Notes under the pieces: generated by a model | What the model was told of the DNA's origin: nothing | Seen by the model: the letters and a program-made list of their open reading frames with translations, nothing else | Database searches by the model: none | Assembly: GCA_963727985.1 (NCBI GenBank) | Contig: CAVSIL010000009.1 | Span: forward strand, 39,670 to 103,669 | Length of the DNA: 64,000 nucleotides | Direction: 5' to 3' | Source: an uncultured Solirubrobacterales bacterium | Lineage (GTDB): Bacteria > Actinomycetota > Thermoleophilia > Solirubrobacterales > 70-9 | Part shown: piece after piece, positions 41,233 through 52,630 of the stretch | Position numbering within the stretch: position 1 is the stretch's first letter | How the letters are laid out: each line of letters starts with the position of its first letter | Program-made: the position numbers and the translations under genes

Positions 41233-42255
41233 CTAGGGGAGCAGGAGGCGGATCAGCCGCCAGTAGCCGCGGAGGATGAGGCGTGCGGGCAGTGAACGGG
41301 CGGCGGGAGAGATGAAGGGGGAGTCGAGGTCGGCCGTCAGCCAGGAGGCGAACTCGGCGGCGCTGACCGTGCGGGTGGCCTGGACCTGGCGGCGCTCGCG
41401 CAGCAGGCGTGGCAGCCAGCGCAGGAATTCCCAGTTGGCAGCGAGCTTCTGGCGTCCCCAGCCGCCGGAGGCGGAGACGGCGAGCAGCGCCAGCTCGGTC
41501 GCCAGCAGGGCCGGCGCCAGCAGGATCAGCAGCGAGGTCGGGTAGGCGCGGACGAGGAAGGCGAGGCGGTTGCGCTCGAGCCAGCGCCACTTGTGCTCGC
41601 GGGCGCCGAACTCGTAGTCGTGGTCGACCACGGCCGCGGGCTCGATCCCGAGCGTGCCCCCGCGCAGCCGCAGCCGCAGCGAGAGGTCGACGTCCTCGTG
41701 GTAGAGGAAGAACTCGCCGGGGAAACCGCCGACCTCGTTCCAGGTCCGCAGCGGGATCGCCAGGCAGGCGCCGGAGAGGACCGTGACCTCGCCGGCCGGC
41801 GGCGCCGCCGCGATCGGCTCGCCGTGCCCCCCGGCCCAGACGATGCCGGTGAAGTGGATCGGGTTGCCGGCGGAGTTGATCCGGGTCCCGCCGGCGTCGG
41901 CGACCAGGGCCTGCCAGGCGGCCCAGCCGCGACCCTGCAACCAGGGCCGCCGAATCGCCGCGCCGAAGCCGGGCAGCGGCGCCGCATCGGGGTTGAGGAT
42001 GACCAGCAACTCGCCGCCGGCCACCGCGGCGCCGGCGTTGCAGCCGGCCGCGAAGCCGAGGTTGGCGCCGGTCTCGACGACCTTCGCCGACGGCGCCAGT
42101 TCCCGCACCGCCGCGGCCGTGCCGTCGCCGGAGTCGTTGTCGACGACGATCAGCTCGTCGCCCTCCCCCAGCTCCGGCAGCAGTGCCGGCAGGGTCCTGG
42201 CCAGCTCGTCGCGGCTGTTCCAGGCGACGATGAGGACGGAGAGCGTCGGAGGCAC
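41233..42255 (-). CDS. Family 2 glycosyltransferase
   Basis: LSVLIVAWNSRDEL..VVDNDSGDGT..NLGFAAGCN..GACLAIP..FFLYHEDVDLSLR. Confidence 0.85.
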   Translation of the reverse strand: MPPTLSVLIVAWNSRDELARTLPALLPELGEGDELIVVDNDSGDGTAAAVRELAPSAKVVETGANLGFAAGCNAGAAVAGGELLVILNPDAAPLPGFGAAIRRPWLQGRGWAAWQALVADAGGTRINSAGNPIHFTGIVWAGGHGEPIAAAPPAGEVTVLSGACLAIPLRTWNEVGGFPGEFFLYHEDVDLSLRLRLRGGTLGIEPAAVVDHDYEFGAREHKWRWLERNRLAFLVRAYPTSLLILLAPALLATELALLAVSASGGWGRQKLAANWEFLRWLPRLLRERRQVQATRTVSAAEFASWLTADLDSPFISPAARSLPARLILRGYWRLIRLLLP

Positions 42256-42309
42256 CGACGCGGAGGCTATTGAGCCATCCGCGCCGGTGCCGGCGACGTT
42301 GCTAAAGCG

Positions 42310-45073
42310 CTACTTCTTCTTGTTCGACTTCTTGCACGAGCTGATGTTCAGCCTGTACTTGTTGTTCTTGACCTTCTTGCTGTTCTGGCCCTTGAGGTTC
42401 AAGACGGCCCTCTGCTGTTCCTTGCAGAGATTGCTCGAGTTGACCAGCAGGCTCTTCTTGCCCTTTTCCATGGTCAGGATGAACTTGCTCACGGCCACAT
42501 CGGGCACCGTCGGGAAGACGGTCTTGAGACCGCCTCGCTTGGAGCTGATGACGCCGCGCAACTGGACGTTGATCTGTCCGCGGAGGTCGGCTACCAGGTT
42601 CGGCAACTTGTCGTTGGACGAGACCAGGTAGACCGGACCCTTGAGGAGGTCGTCCAGCAACGGCGACTTCGCCTTTGCGTGCCCGTAGATCGCTGCCTTC
42701 GGGCAGCTCTGCGCCGCCAGCTGGACCCTCGTGCACACCGTCTTGATGTGACTCTGATCGAGGAACAGCGAGTGCGGCAACGTCAACGCCGCACGGCCGA
42801 GGTTCGCATCGCCTTTGCGTGTTTCCAGGATCGCCCGGATGCGCGGGTTCTTGGCCCGCTTGGGCGAACCGTAGAGCCGGGTGAACAGCTTCGGCTTGAA
42901 CTTGAGGCTGTTGCAGCCGGTAGCCGAGTACGGAGCGCTGATCGGGTAGGAGCTGAACGCGCCCGGATTGGCCGGATCGGCCCCCCCGCCGCTGACCGTG
43001 CCGCTGCTGCCTCCGGACGAGCAGTTCGTCGGGTTGAGCATGAAGTCCGCTCGATTTACGTCGACGTCGATCGAGCGAATGTCCAGCTTCACCCCTCCGA
43101 ACACGTTCGGGATCACATCCGACAGCGCCGTGATCTGGGCGGTTTCGGGGTTGACGTGGAGGGCGCTCCTGACGACCACGGTGCCGAGGTCGTAGGGGCC
43201 GGCGACTGCCGGCGTGATCACGACCGCTGAGAGCGGCGCCCCCTTGTAGGGACCCGCCAGATAAGCCTGGCCCCCGATCTCGAGCGGACCGCCGCCACTG
43301 CCGGCCGCGACTGTCGCGGTTCCGATCTGACTGGCAAACGGACAACTCGGGCTCAGCGCCTCAGTCGTCCCTCTGGCTGCACCCGCCGCGGCGATCGCCG
43401 CCTCCGAGCAGTATGGAATCCCGGCGAGTTTGCCGGTCAGGCCCGGGGGCAGGGTGACGTTGACGGCCTTGAGCTCCTGTTCGCCGTCACGGCGGGCGAA
43501 CTTGACGTGGAACGGGCTGTAGGCGCCCGCCTGACTCGTCGTCGAGTTCGCCTCGTACTTCGGTGCGAACTTCCGCGCCGCCAGGGTCGCCGGGCAGCTG
43601 CCGCCGCTCGGGTCGCTGGTCAGCGTGAAGGACGAGGTCGGTTCGTTTTCGTCCGGGTTCCCCGACCAGGGATCGAGCACCGTCTTGGTCTCGTGCGGCC
43701 CGCAGATCGGCGGGACTGGTCAGCGTCCCCTTCGGGCCACCGTCGAACTTCACCTTGAAGGAGCGGAACGTCGCCTGCGGGTTTTCCTCCACGACCGCGG
43801 TCAGCTGACCGGTTACCGGGTCCGGGAAGACGTGCCCGATCAAGGCGCACGTTGACCCCGTAGCGGTCCGACCCGACATGGAGGAATATCCGGAACTGTT
43901 CGCCGCTGGCCGGGTTGTCGCTCTTCGGTTCGCCGACGTAGACGGTGCCGAACAGCGAGTCCGCCGGGCAGCGAAGGCGTCTGCACCTCGACGGTGCCGA
44001 TCTTCGAAGCGGCGGGACAGGCGATCGGGTCGTTGGTGTGGTACGCGAACTGGGCATCCGTGCAGGCGACCAGGCCGTTGGCGGAAGCGGGGTTCAGGCC
44101 CGTCCCTTCCGGCAACGTAACCGTGGCCGTCTTCAGATACGAGTTGGCGATCGGCTTCGTTGGGATCGAACGGGATGCCGACGTTGACGGTCGTCGCCAG
44201 CGGCGAGTCGACCGCGTCTCCCTGCGGGGTGACGTTGATCGTCGGGTTGAACGGCACCAATTCGCATCCGCTGCCTTCGAACGGAGTATCAAAAGATTCT
44301 TCGGCGGAATGGCTTTCGACCGCATAGGGGGGGCCGTAGGAATCGACGAAGAGGTGCGAGGTCTGCGGGCCTTCGCAGTTACTCGGCAACGTCAGGTAGG
44401 TGCCGTTACCAGCCTGGCCGTTGAAGACGAGGCGGGAGCCGATGACCGGCGGGCTCAGCGGCGGATTCGGTGCGTGGACGTCGCTGATCGTAAAGGTCAC
44501 GTGCTGATCGACGGGATCCAGTGATCCGACGATGAAGACCGGCCCCGTCAGGGTCAGGAACGCGACCATCGAAGGCACTCCTTCGAAGGGCACCACGTTG
44601 TAGACCGGCAGCGCCACGCGTTTCTGTTCCACGGGCGTTGTGTTGGTCACGACCGTCTCGTAGTTGATCCCGACCTGAGCGCCCGGGCAACTGACCGGGG
44701 CCGTCGGCAACTGCGCGATGCTGCACTTGGGGGCCGCCTCGGGATTGACACTCAGGCCTTCCGGGGTTTCGACAACGATGTCTTTGACAAAGTCGTCAGG
44801 GAAACCACCCGTGCTATTGAGCGTGAAGTCGGTGATGGCAAAATTCGGGTGCCCTGCGGCCTGCGTATACCACTGGCTCGACGGGCTGCTTTCCGTGCAC
44901 GGATTCGGCGACGGCGTCAGGGGTGGTACGGCAGGACCCACTTCGGAATCGACGTTTTCTTTGCACGTCATCGTTTCCCAATTTTCGATGCCGAATGCAC
45001 CTTGAGCCGCCGGCGCCGCGAAAACAGCGCCGAAAGCCATCACTGCAGCTAAAACGATCAATCGCCTAGCCAT
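42310..45073 (-). CDS. Secreted ~920-aa four-module Cys-loop repeat protein, unrecognised family (paralog A; at least four frameshifts)
   Basis: GAGGAGG RBS. Signal peptide MARRLIVLAAVMAFGAVFAAPAAQG/AFG. Segments in ORFs 43487..45073, 43840..44325, 43620..44057 and 42310..43680 align to paralogs B and C. Tail ..CKKSNKKK. Confidence 0.7.
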
Positions 45074-45235
45074 TCAAATCCTCCTCGGTAACCCATTTGA
45101 GCGAACCACGCTTCCCCTGCGTAGCGCTCTGTCACTTCTCCCACCAAAGACAGTAGCGGGCGGGGCGCGTGGGTCAAGTGCGATTTGCGACAAATTGGCC
45201 AGCAGGTCCTGTCCAATAGGTACAAACCGGCACAG

Positions 45236-47946
45236 CTAGCGCTTCATTTTTCGGTGCGATTTCCTGTGGCATGGGGTCTTCAGCCGCGGCCGCTTGCCGA
45301 GCTTCTTCCCGTTCTGGGCCTTGAAGCGGACGATCGCCTTGATCCCCTTGCCCTTGCAGAGGTTCCTCGAGGCGACCAGGAGGCCGTGCTTGCCGCCGGG
45401 CAGGATCATCGTGAACTTCGAGACCGGCACGTCGGGCACGTGGCCAAAGGTGGTACGGATCCCGCCCTTGAAGCTGTCGATGCGGCCGACGAGGTCGATG
45501 CCGACCTGGCCCCGCAGGTGGGCGACCAGGTCCGGCAGCGGGTTGTTGGAGGAACGTAGGTAGACGGGGCCCCTCAGCGGTTTGCCCAGCAGCGGCGTGA
45601 CCGCCCGAGCGCGGCCGTAGCGCGAGCGCTTCGGGCAGTCGTTGGCGGCGAACTGGACCCGGGTGCAGATCTTCGACAGGCTGGCCTGGTCGAGGAAGAG
45701 CGCGTGCGGGAGGCCGACCGAAGCGCGGGCGATGTTGGCGTCGCCGCGCCGTGCCTTCAGCACCGCGCGCAGGCGCGGGTGCTTGGCCCGCCTGGTCGCT
45801 CCGGACAGCCGCAGGTTGAGCCTGGGCCGGAACTTCAGCCGGCGGCAGCCGTTCAGCTGGACCGGGTCGGAGACCGGGAAGGACGAGAACGCCGCCGGGT
45901 TGGTCGGGTCGGCGCCGCCGCCCTTCAGCGAGCCGGCCGTTACCTGCGGCTTGCAGTTGGTGCCGTTGAGGGTGAAGTTCTTCTTGTTGATCTTCACCGC
46001 GACCGAGCGGATGTCCAGTTTGGCGCCGCCGAAGACGTCCGGGATCGCGTTGGTCGCGGCGCGGATCCGGGCCGTCTCCGGATCGACGAAGAGCGGCACC
46101 CTGACCACGACCGTGCCGAGGTCGAAGGGCCCGGCGACCGCGGGCGTGACCACGACCAGCGACACCGGCGCACCCCCGTAGGGGCCGGCGAGGAAAGCCT
46201 TGCCGGCGATCGTCAGCGGGGAAGCCCCGGTCCCCGTGGCGATCGTCGCGACCCCGACCTGGCTCTTGTCGGGACAGCTGGCGTTGGCCCGCTCGGCCAC
46301 CCCCGCCCGCGCCGCCGCGGCGGCGATCGCGGCCGGCGGGCAGTAGGGGACGCCGGCCAGCTTCGCGGTCGCGCCCGGAGGCAGGACGATGTCAACGCCC
46401 TTCAGCTCCTGCTGCCCGTCGGTGCGGGTGAGGCCGGCGGCGAAGGGCGTGAAGGTGGCGGCTTTGGCGCTCTTCGGGCCGGCCTTGAAGCCGGGCGCGA
46501 AGGGCCGGGCCGCCATCGTCTTCGCGCAGGGGCCGCCGCCGGGCGCATTGCTCAGCGTCAGCGGGCCGGTCGGCGCCGCGGCGGCGTTCCCCGACCAGGG
46601 CGAGATCTGGGTCGTGGTCGTGTTGGCGCAGATCGGCGGGCTGCTCAGCGGCGCTTTGGCGCCGCCGGCGATCTGCAGCTGGAACGAGCTGAAGGCGACC
46701 TGCGGGTTGTCGGCGAAGACCGCGGTCAGCTGGCCCGTCTGGGGATTGGCCTTGACGTTCCCGATCAGCCGCACCGAGAGTCCGTAGCGGGGTGACTCGG
46801 CATCGACGAAGACGCGGTACTCGTTGCCGGAGGCCGGGTCGCGGCTGAGCTGCTGGCCGAGGAAGACCCTGGCCGGCAGCGAGTTGGCCGGCAGCACCGG
46901 GGTCTGGATCGCGGCGGTGCCGATCTGCGAGTTGGCGGGACAGGCGACCGGGTTCCTGGTCCCCTTGCCGAGCTGGGCGTCGCTGCAGAAATGCAGGTCC
47001 GGCGCCGAGGAGGGGTTGAGCCCGAGCCCGCGCGGCAGCGAGACGTTCGCGGTGCGCAGGTCGAGGAGTTCAGCGGCTGCAGGCCCTGCGGGACCTTGAG
47101 GTCGACGGTCACGCCGGACGGCGAGTCGGTCGTCGGCGATTCGGAGGCGCTGGAGACCGTCGGCGCGAACGGGACCGACTGGCAGCCGTCGCTGTTGGCC
47201 GGTGGCTTGGTCGTGTAGGTCTGGAACTGCCCCGGGTTCTCGTAGGAGTCGACCTTGAGGGTCGTGGTCGAGGGCGCGTTGCACTGGCTCCCCATGGTCA
47301 GGAAGGTGCCGCCCTTGGTCCCGTCGAAGACGAGCCGGTTCTCGACCAGCGGCAGCGTCGTCGGGATCTCGCTGATCGTGAAGCCCTCGTGGTAGTCGCC
47401 GTCCTAGGCGACATCGGCGACCAGGTAGACGTTGGCGACCGGGATCCCCGGCAGGCCGACGCTGAAGCCGAACAGCGCCGGCACCCCCTGCGGCGGGTCG
47501 AGGTTGTAGACGGGGAACGGCAGCGGCCCGACCGGGAGCCCGAGCACCTCGGAGGTCACTTCGCTGATCCCGACCTCGCTGCCCGCGCAGTTGAGGGTGT
47601 TGGCTTCGAAGCTCGCTTTCGCGCACTGCGGGACCGCCTGCGGATCGACGTTGAGGCCCTCCGGGAGGTCGACCCGGGCATCCCTGATCGCGCCTTCGGG
47701 AGCACCGCCGATCGGCGGCGGGCCGCCGGCGAGGTTCATCGCGAAGTCGGTGAGGCCGACCGGCGGGTGCCCGGCGGCCTGGGTGAAGAACTGCGCGCTT
47801 GGGCTCGAGTAGGTGCATTTCGGGGCGTCGGACTTGCAGGTGCCCGCTTCCCACTTGGAAACGCCGAAGGCGGCCTGCGCGGCCGGCGCGGCGATTGCCA
47901 GCGCGAGCGCGATCGCCGCGGCGAATGTCCCCAGTCGAACCCTCAT
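45236..47946 (-). CDS. Secreted ~900-aa four-module Cys-loop repeat protein, unrecognised family (paralog B; about three frameshifts in the first third)
   Basis: Signal peptide MRVRLGTFAAAIALALAIAAPAAQA/AFG. About 620 codons are intact (ORF 45236..47854). Tail ..CHRKSHRKMKR. Confidence 0.75.
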
Positions 47947-47958
47947 CGGTTCTACGCC

Positions 47959-50836
47959 CTACCCATTGCGAACGCTTCTCAACCGGCCCTTGCCGCGGCA
48001 GGCCGGAACTCGCAGCTTCAGCCGCTTCTTCTTCAGCCGCTTGCCGTTCTGGGCTTTGAAGTTCATGAACGAGAAGGAGCGGTGGGCGCAGAGGTCGCGC
48101 GAGTTGACCAGGAGACCGCGCTTGCCGCCCTTCATCGTCAGCACGAACTTGCTCACCGGCACATCGGGCACGGGGTAGAAGACGTTCTTGATCCGCCCCC
48201 TGGCGGAGCCGATGACGCCGTGCAGCTGCACGTTCACCTGGCCCCTGAGGTCGACCAGAAGGTCCGGCAGCGGATTGTCGGAGGAGACCAAGTACACGGG
48301 GCCGGCCAGTTCGTCGTCGAGCAGCGGCGTCCGCGCCCGCGCGTAGCCGTAGATCGCGGCCTTGGGACAGGCGTGCGCCGCCAGCTGGACCCGGGTGCAG
48401 ATGGTGCGGATGTGGGACTGGTCGAGGAACTGGGAGTGCGGCAGGGTGACGGCGGCGCGGCCGATGTTGGCGTCGCCGTCGCGGGCAACGAGCACGGCGC
48501 GGAATTTCGGGTGCTGGGCGCGCTTGGTGCTCTTCCTGCCCCCGTAGAGACGGGTGAACAGCTTCGGCCTGAAGCGAAGGGCGTCGCAGTCGCTGGTCTG
48601 GAACGGGGTGCTGACCGGGAAGGCGCTGAACGCGGCCGGGTTGGCCGGATCGGCGCCGCCGCCGTTGAGGACGCCGGCGCTGGCGAGCGGGCCGCAGCTG
48701 GTCGGGTTGAGGGTGAAGTCCCTGCGATCGATGTTGACGTCGACAGAGCGAATGCTGAGCTGGGCGCCGCCGAAGACGCTGGGGATCGGGTCCGAGACGG
48801 CGCGGATCTGCGCCGTCGCCGGGTCGACGAACAGCGCCACCCGCACCACGACCGTGCCCAGGTCAAAGGGCCCGGCCGTGGCGGGGGTGACGACTGCCAG
48901 GGAGAGAGGGGCCCCGTGGTAGGGGCCTGCGAGGAAGACCTTGCCGTCGGCTATGCGGAGCGGCGCCGGGCCGGTGCCGGCGGCGATCGCGGCGCTCCCG
49001 ACGAGGCTGCCGGCGGGACAGCTGGAACTGGCGCGCTGTTCGCCGCCGCCGCTCGCGGCCGCCGCGGCCAGGGCCGACTCCGGGCAGTAGGGAATGCCGG
49101 CGAGCTTGCCGGTCATCCCCGGCGCCAGGGTGACGTCGACGCCCTTCAGCTCCTGCTGCCCGTCGGTGCGGGCGATCCGCATCGTCAGCGGGCTGAAGGC
49201 GCCGGCCTTGGTGCCCTTCGGCCTCGCCTCGAAACCCGGGGCGAAGGGGCGTTCGGCGAGCGCCTTCGCGCAGGCGCCGCCACCGGGGGCATTGGTGAGG
49301 ACGATCGGCGCCGAGGGCGTGGCCGCCGGGTTGCCCGACCACGGGGTGAAGCTCGAGCCGGCCCGGGTCGCGCAGATCGGGGGACTGGAGAGGACCGCCC
49401 GCGGGCCGCCGTCGAAGTCGAGCTCGAAGGAGCTGAACGGCACCTGCGGGTTGTCGGCGACGGTCGTGGTCAGCTGCCCCGTCCGCGGGTCGGCGCTGAC
49501 GTTGCCGAGCAGCCGCACGTCGATCCCGTAACGGTCGGACTTGGCGTCGATGAAGATCCGGTACTCGTTGCCGGAGGCCGGGTCGCGGCTGAGCTGCTGG
49601 CCGGCGTAGACGTTGCCGGTCAGCGAGCCTTCGGGCAGCGGCGGCGATTCAATCGTGACCGTGCCCACTTTCGAGGCGGCCGGGCAGTCGGTTCCCGGCG
49701 CGCTGCTCTGCTTGCGGAACTGCGCGTCGCTGCAGGTCTGCAGCCCGGCGGCGGCGGAGGGGTTCAGTCCCATCCCGACCGGCAGCGCGACCCGCGCGGT
49801 GCGGGTGTCGGAACTGTCCTGGTTGCCGCCGCCGAGGATGTGCGGCACGTCGACGTCGACCCTGGCCCCGGCGGGCGAGTCGGTCGCGGCGGTACCCGGG
49901 TCGACCGCGAGCGACGGGTCGTAGGGGATCGTCCCGCACTCTTTGGGCGAGGTCCCGGGTGGGATCGGCGACTCGAAGCGCGGTTCGGCGTCGCGCGGGA
50001 ACTGATATCCGGCGCTTTCCTCTTCGGCGTAGGAGGCGGCCAGCAGGTAGGTGGAGTAGAGATGCCCCGACGGCCCCGGGAAGCCCTCGCCGAGACAGGT
50101 GCTGGGGGTGGTGATGAAGGTGCCGTCGCCGGCGGTGCCGTCGAAGACCAGGCGGTTTTTGAGGATGACCCCTTCCAGCCCCGGCAGTTCGAGCCGCTTT
50201 CGGGACGGCGATCGTGAAGCCCTCGTGGAAGTCGCCGGCCCAGGCGACGTCGGCTTTGAGGAAGATTTCCTTGCCGAGCAGTTCGAGGCCGAAGCGGGCG
50301 GGTTCGCCGTTGGGCGGTTTGATGTTGTAGACGGCGGTCGGCGGGATCGGGAGAGGGATGCCGATGATGGGGTCGGCCGCGGTGACGGTGGCGGTACCGA
50401 CCCGAGCCCCGACCGCGTCGCAAGAGCTGGCGGAGGCTTCGAAGGTGGCGAGGTCGCAGCGCGGGGTCGCTCCCGGGTTGACGCTGAGGCCGACCGGCAG
50501 GTCGACGCGAACGTCCTTCAGTTCCCCGACCGGTTTTTCGAGGGGCCCCGGTTCGCTGTGTTTGACGATGAACTGCGTGAAGCCGACGGGCGGATGGCCG
50601 GCTGCCTGTTCGAAGAACTGGGCGGGGGTGTCGACGCTGCAGGTCGGAGTGTCGACGGTGCAGGTTCCCGCTTGCCAGCCGGAGTCGACGGTCGGGTTCT
50701 GCGGATCGCTGGGGGCGATGATGCCGCCGGTGTTGGCAGCGGCGAGCGAGGCCACCGGCCCCAGGGCGAGCAAGCACAGCATCAGCCCAGTCACGGCTCC
50801 GATCCATCCCGGTCGTTGCATCCCTCTCCGTTGCAT
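47959..50836 (-). CDS. Secreted ~950-aa four-module Cys-loop repeat protein, unrecognised family (paralog C; frameshift(s) near 50200)
   Basis: GGAGG RBS. MQRRGMQRPGWIGAVTGLMLCLLALGPVASLAAA signal. 629 intact codons (ORF 47959..49848). Tail ..RLKLRVPACRGKGRLRSVRNG. The stop lies 12 nt from the start of B. Confidence 0.75.
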
Positions 50837-50924
50837 CCCAATCCCCCTCCGTCGATTCATTCTAGAGGAAGACCGTACCCGATTTTGATGACATGAATCA
50901 ATATTTCTTGGTAATCTCGCCGCC

Positions 50925-51269
50925 ATGAGCAAGCACAACGGCACCGGCACGCTCCCGGTCGATTGGGAGAACCTGGCGCGGGCAACAGCGCACCCGCTGC
51001 GGATCTCAGTCCTGGAAATCCTCGGCATGGACGGGGGTCGCACCCTCTCCCCCAACGAGCTCAGCCAGGAGCTCCAGATTCCCCTCAGCAACACCAACTA
51101 CCACGTAACCGAGCTGGCCAAAGCGGGGCTGATCGAGCTCGCCCGCCGACGTCAGGTGCGCGGCGCCACCGAGCACTTCTACCGGCTCGCGAGCGACAGG
51201 AAGAGCGCAACGGCGGACTCGCACCACGATCGATCTCGACCACAATCCGGCCTCGCAAGTTCGATATGA
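50925..51269 (+). CDS. ArsR-like winged-helix transcriptional regulator
   Basis: HPLRISVLEILG..LSPNELSQELQIPLSNTNYHVTELAKAGLIE. Divergent from the paralog cluster. Confidence 0.75.
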   Translation: MSKHNGTGTLPVDWENLARATAHPLRISVLEILGMDGGRTLSPNELSQELQIPLSNTNYHVTELAKAGLIELARRRQVRGATEHFYRLASDRKSATADSHHDRSRPQSGLASSI

Positions 51270-51278
51270 TGATTTCAT

Positions 51279-51515
51279 ATGAGCCGCCTGCTGTCCGTAT
51301 CCCTACCCGACGACCTCGCTGAGGAGACTGACGCTCTTGCCCAGAGCCTGGGCAAGACACGAAGTGAGGTCGTCCGCGACGCCCTGCGCCGTCAGGTCCG
51401 GGTTGAGCGCTTCGCCGACCTGCAGCGCTACGGGCGTGAGCGCGCCGAGGCCCTCGGGGTCGGACCCGATGACAGCGAGGCCTTGATTGACGAGATGCGC
51501 TCCGGGCGCGGCTGA
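51279..51515 (+). CDS. Ribbon-helix-helix (CopG-like) antitoxin
   Basis: LSVSLPDDLAEETDALAQSLGKTRSEVVRDALRR. The stop overlaps the PIN gene. Confidence 0.75.
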   Translation: MSRLLSVSLPDDLAEETDALAQSLGKTRSEVVRDALRRQVRVERFADLQRYGRERAEALGVGPDDSEALIDEMRSGRG

Positions 51516-51931
51516 TCCTGCGGGTCGCCTGCGACACCAACGTCCTCGTGTCGGCGTTCATCGCCGCCGGACCGCCCAGCCGCATCCTCGAGGAGACGAT
51601 CAATGCTCGTTTTGAGCTCGTCCTGCCCCAGCCAGTGATGGTCGAGCTGGAGCGGATCCTCACCGAGAAGCTGGGCTTCGAGCAGCAGCGCTGGAGAGAG
51701 GTCGAGGAGCTTCTCGTCGATCTTGCGGTCGAGCTGGCTCCAGCGCCTGAGGATCCGCCCGAGGGGGTGACGGGAGACCCAGATGACGACCTTATCCTTG
51801 CCTGTGCGATCCAGGCCGCGGTGGACGTTCTCGTATCCGGCGACCACCGGCACCTGCTCCCCGTTGGAGAGCATCGCGGCGTTCGAATCCTCACTCCGCA
51901 GGCGCTGCTCGCAGAGCTGCGAGGAAGATAG
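51512..51931 (+). CDS. PIN-domain toxin (VapC-like); start codon uncertain
   Basis: LRVACDTNVLVSAF..GDPDDDLILACA..VLVSGD. The frame is open from 51491 with no ATG, GTG or TTG before GTG 51548. CTG 51512 or an indel is possible. Confidence 0.7.
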   Translation: MILRVACDTNVLVSAFIAAGPPSRILEETINARFELVLPQPVMVELERILTEKLGFEQQRWREVEELLVDLAVELAPAPEDPPEGVTGDPDDDLILACAIQAAVDVLVSGDHRHLLPVGEHRGVRILTPQALLAELRGR

Positions 51932-51970
51932 GGCGACAGTGGTTGGGCTGCTCGCCGTCGGACGAGGAGA

Positions 51971-52043
51971 AGCGGACGACGGGGTTCGAACCCGCGACCT
52001 CGAGCTTGGGAAGCTCGCGCTCTACCAACTGAGCTACGTCCGC
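51971..52043 (-). tRNA. tRNA-Gly (anticodon CCC)
   Basis: Minus strand GCGGACGTAGCTCAGTTGGTAGAGCGCGAGCTTCCCAAGCTCGAGGTCGCGGGTTCGAACCCCGTCGTCCGCT folds as a canonical cloverleaf. Confidence 0.9.
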
Positions 52044-52108
52044 GCTGTCGGCTGATTCTATGACCGGCGGGCGGTTGCCGGGGGCCGCGATCTAACCTTC
52101 AGCGCCCC

Positions 52109-52630
52109 GTGAGTGCCCGCGCCGCCATCGCCGTCCTCGCCGTGCTGGCCATCGTCGGCCTGCTCACCTTCGGGCTGCTCAGCAAGGGCTCCTCCGGGAT
52201 CGCCGTCGGCGAGGTCGCTCCCGCCTCCCCCCTGCCCCAGCTCGAGGGCGGTGGCAGCGGCTCGCTGGCCGACTACCGGGGGCGCTGGGTGCTGGTCAAC
52301 TTCTGGGCCTCCTGGTGCATCCCCTGTCGCGAGGAGGCGCCGGCGCTGGAGGAGTTCCAGCGCCGCCACGGCGACGGCGGCTTCACCGTGCTCGGGATCG
52401 ACAGCCGCGACCTCAGCGGCGACGGCCGCGCCTTCGTGCGCCGCTTCGGGCTCACCTACCCGCAGCTGCGCGACGGCGACGGCGCCACCGCCCACGACTT
52501 CGGGACCACCGGCGTGCCGGAGAACTACCTGGTCGGCCCCGGGGGCAGGGTGCGGCTGCTGGTCCGCGGCCCGATCACCGCCGAGTACCTCGAAGAAGCG
52601 GTGGCGCCGCTGGTTTCCGAGCGGGCGCCG
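52109..52630 (+). CDS. ccmG: Thiol:disulfide oxidoreductase CcmG/TlpA/ResA family
   Basis: Membrane anchor, VNFWASWCIPCREE and GVPENYLV. The ORF runs on in frame into ccmH. Confidence 0.75.

Noticed and set aside
50837-50924. ArsR operator in the AT-rich gap between paralog C and the ArsR-like gene (GATTCAT-N32-ATGAATC).
   Set aside because: The arms are only 7 bp with a long spacer, which is too weak to call a site. It is noted only as an AT-rich divergent promoter region.
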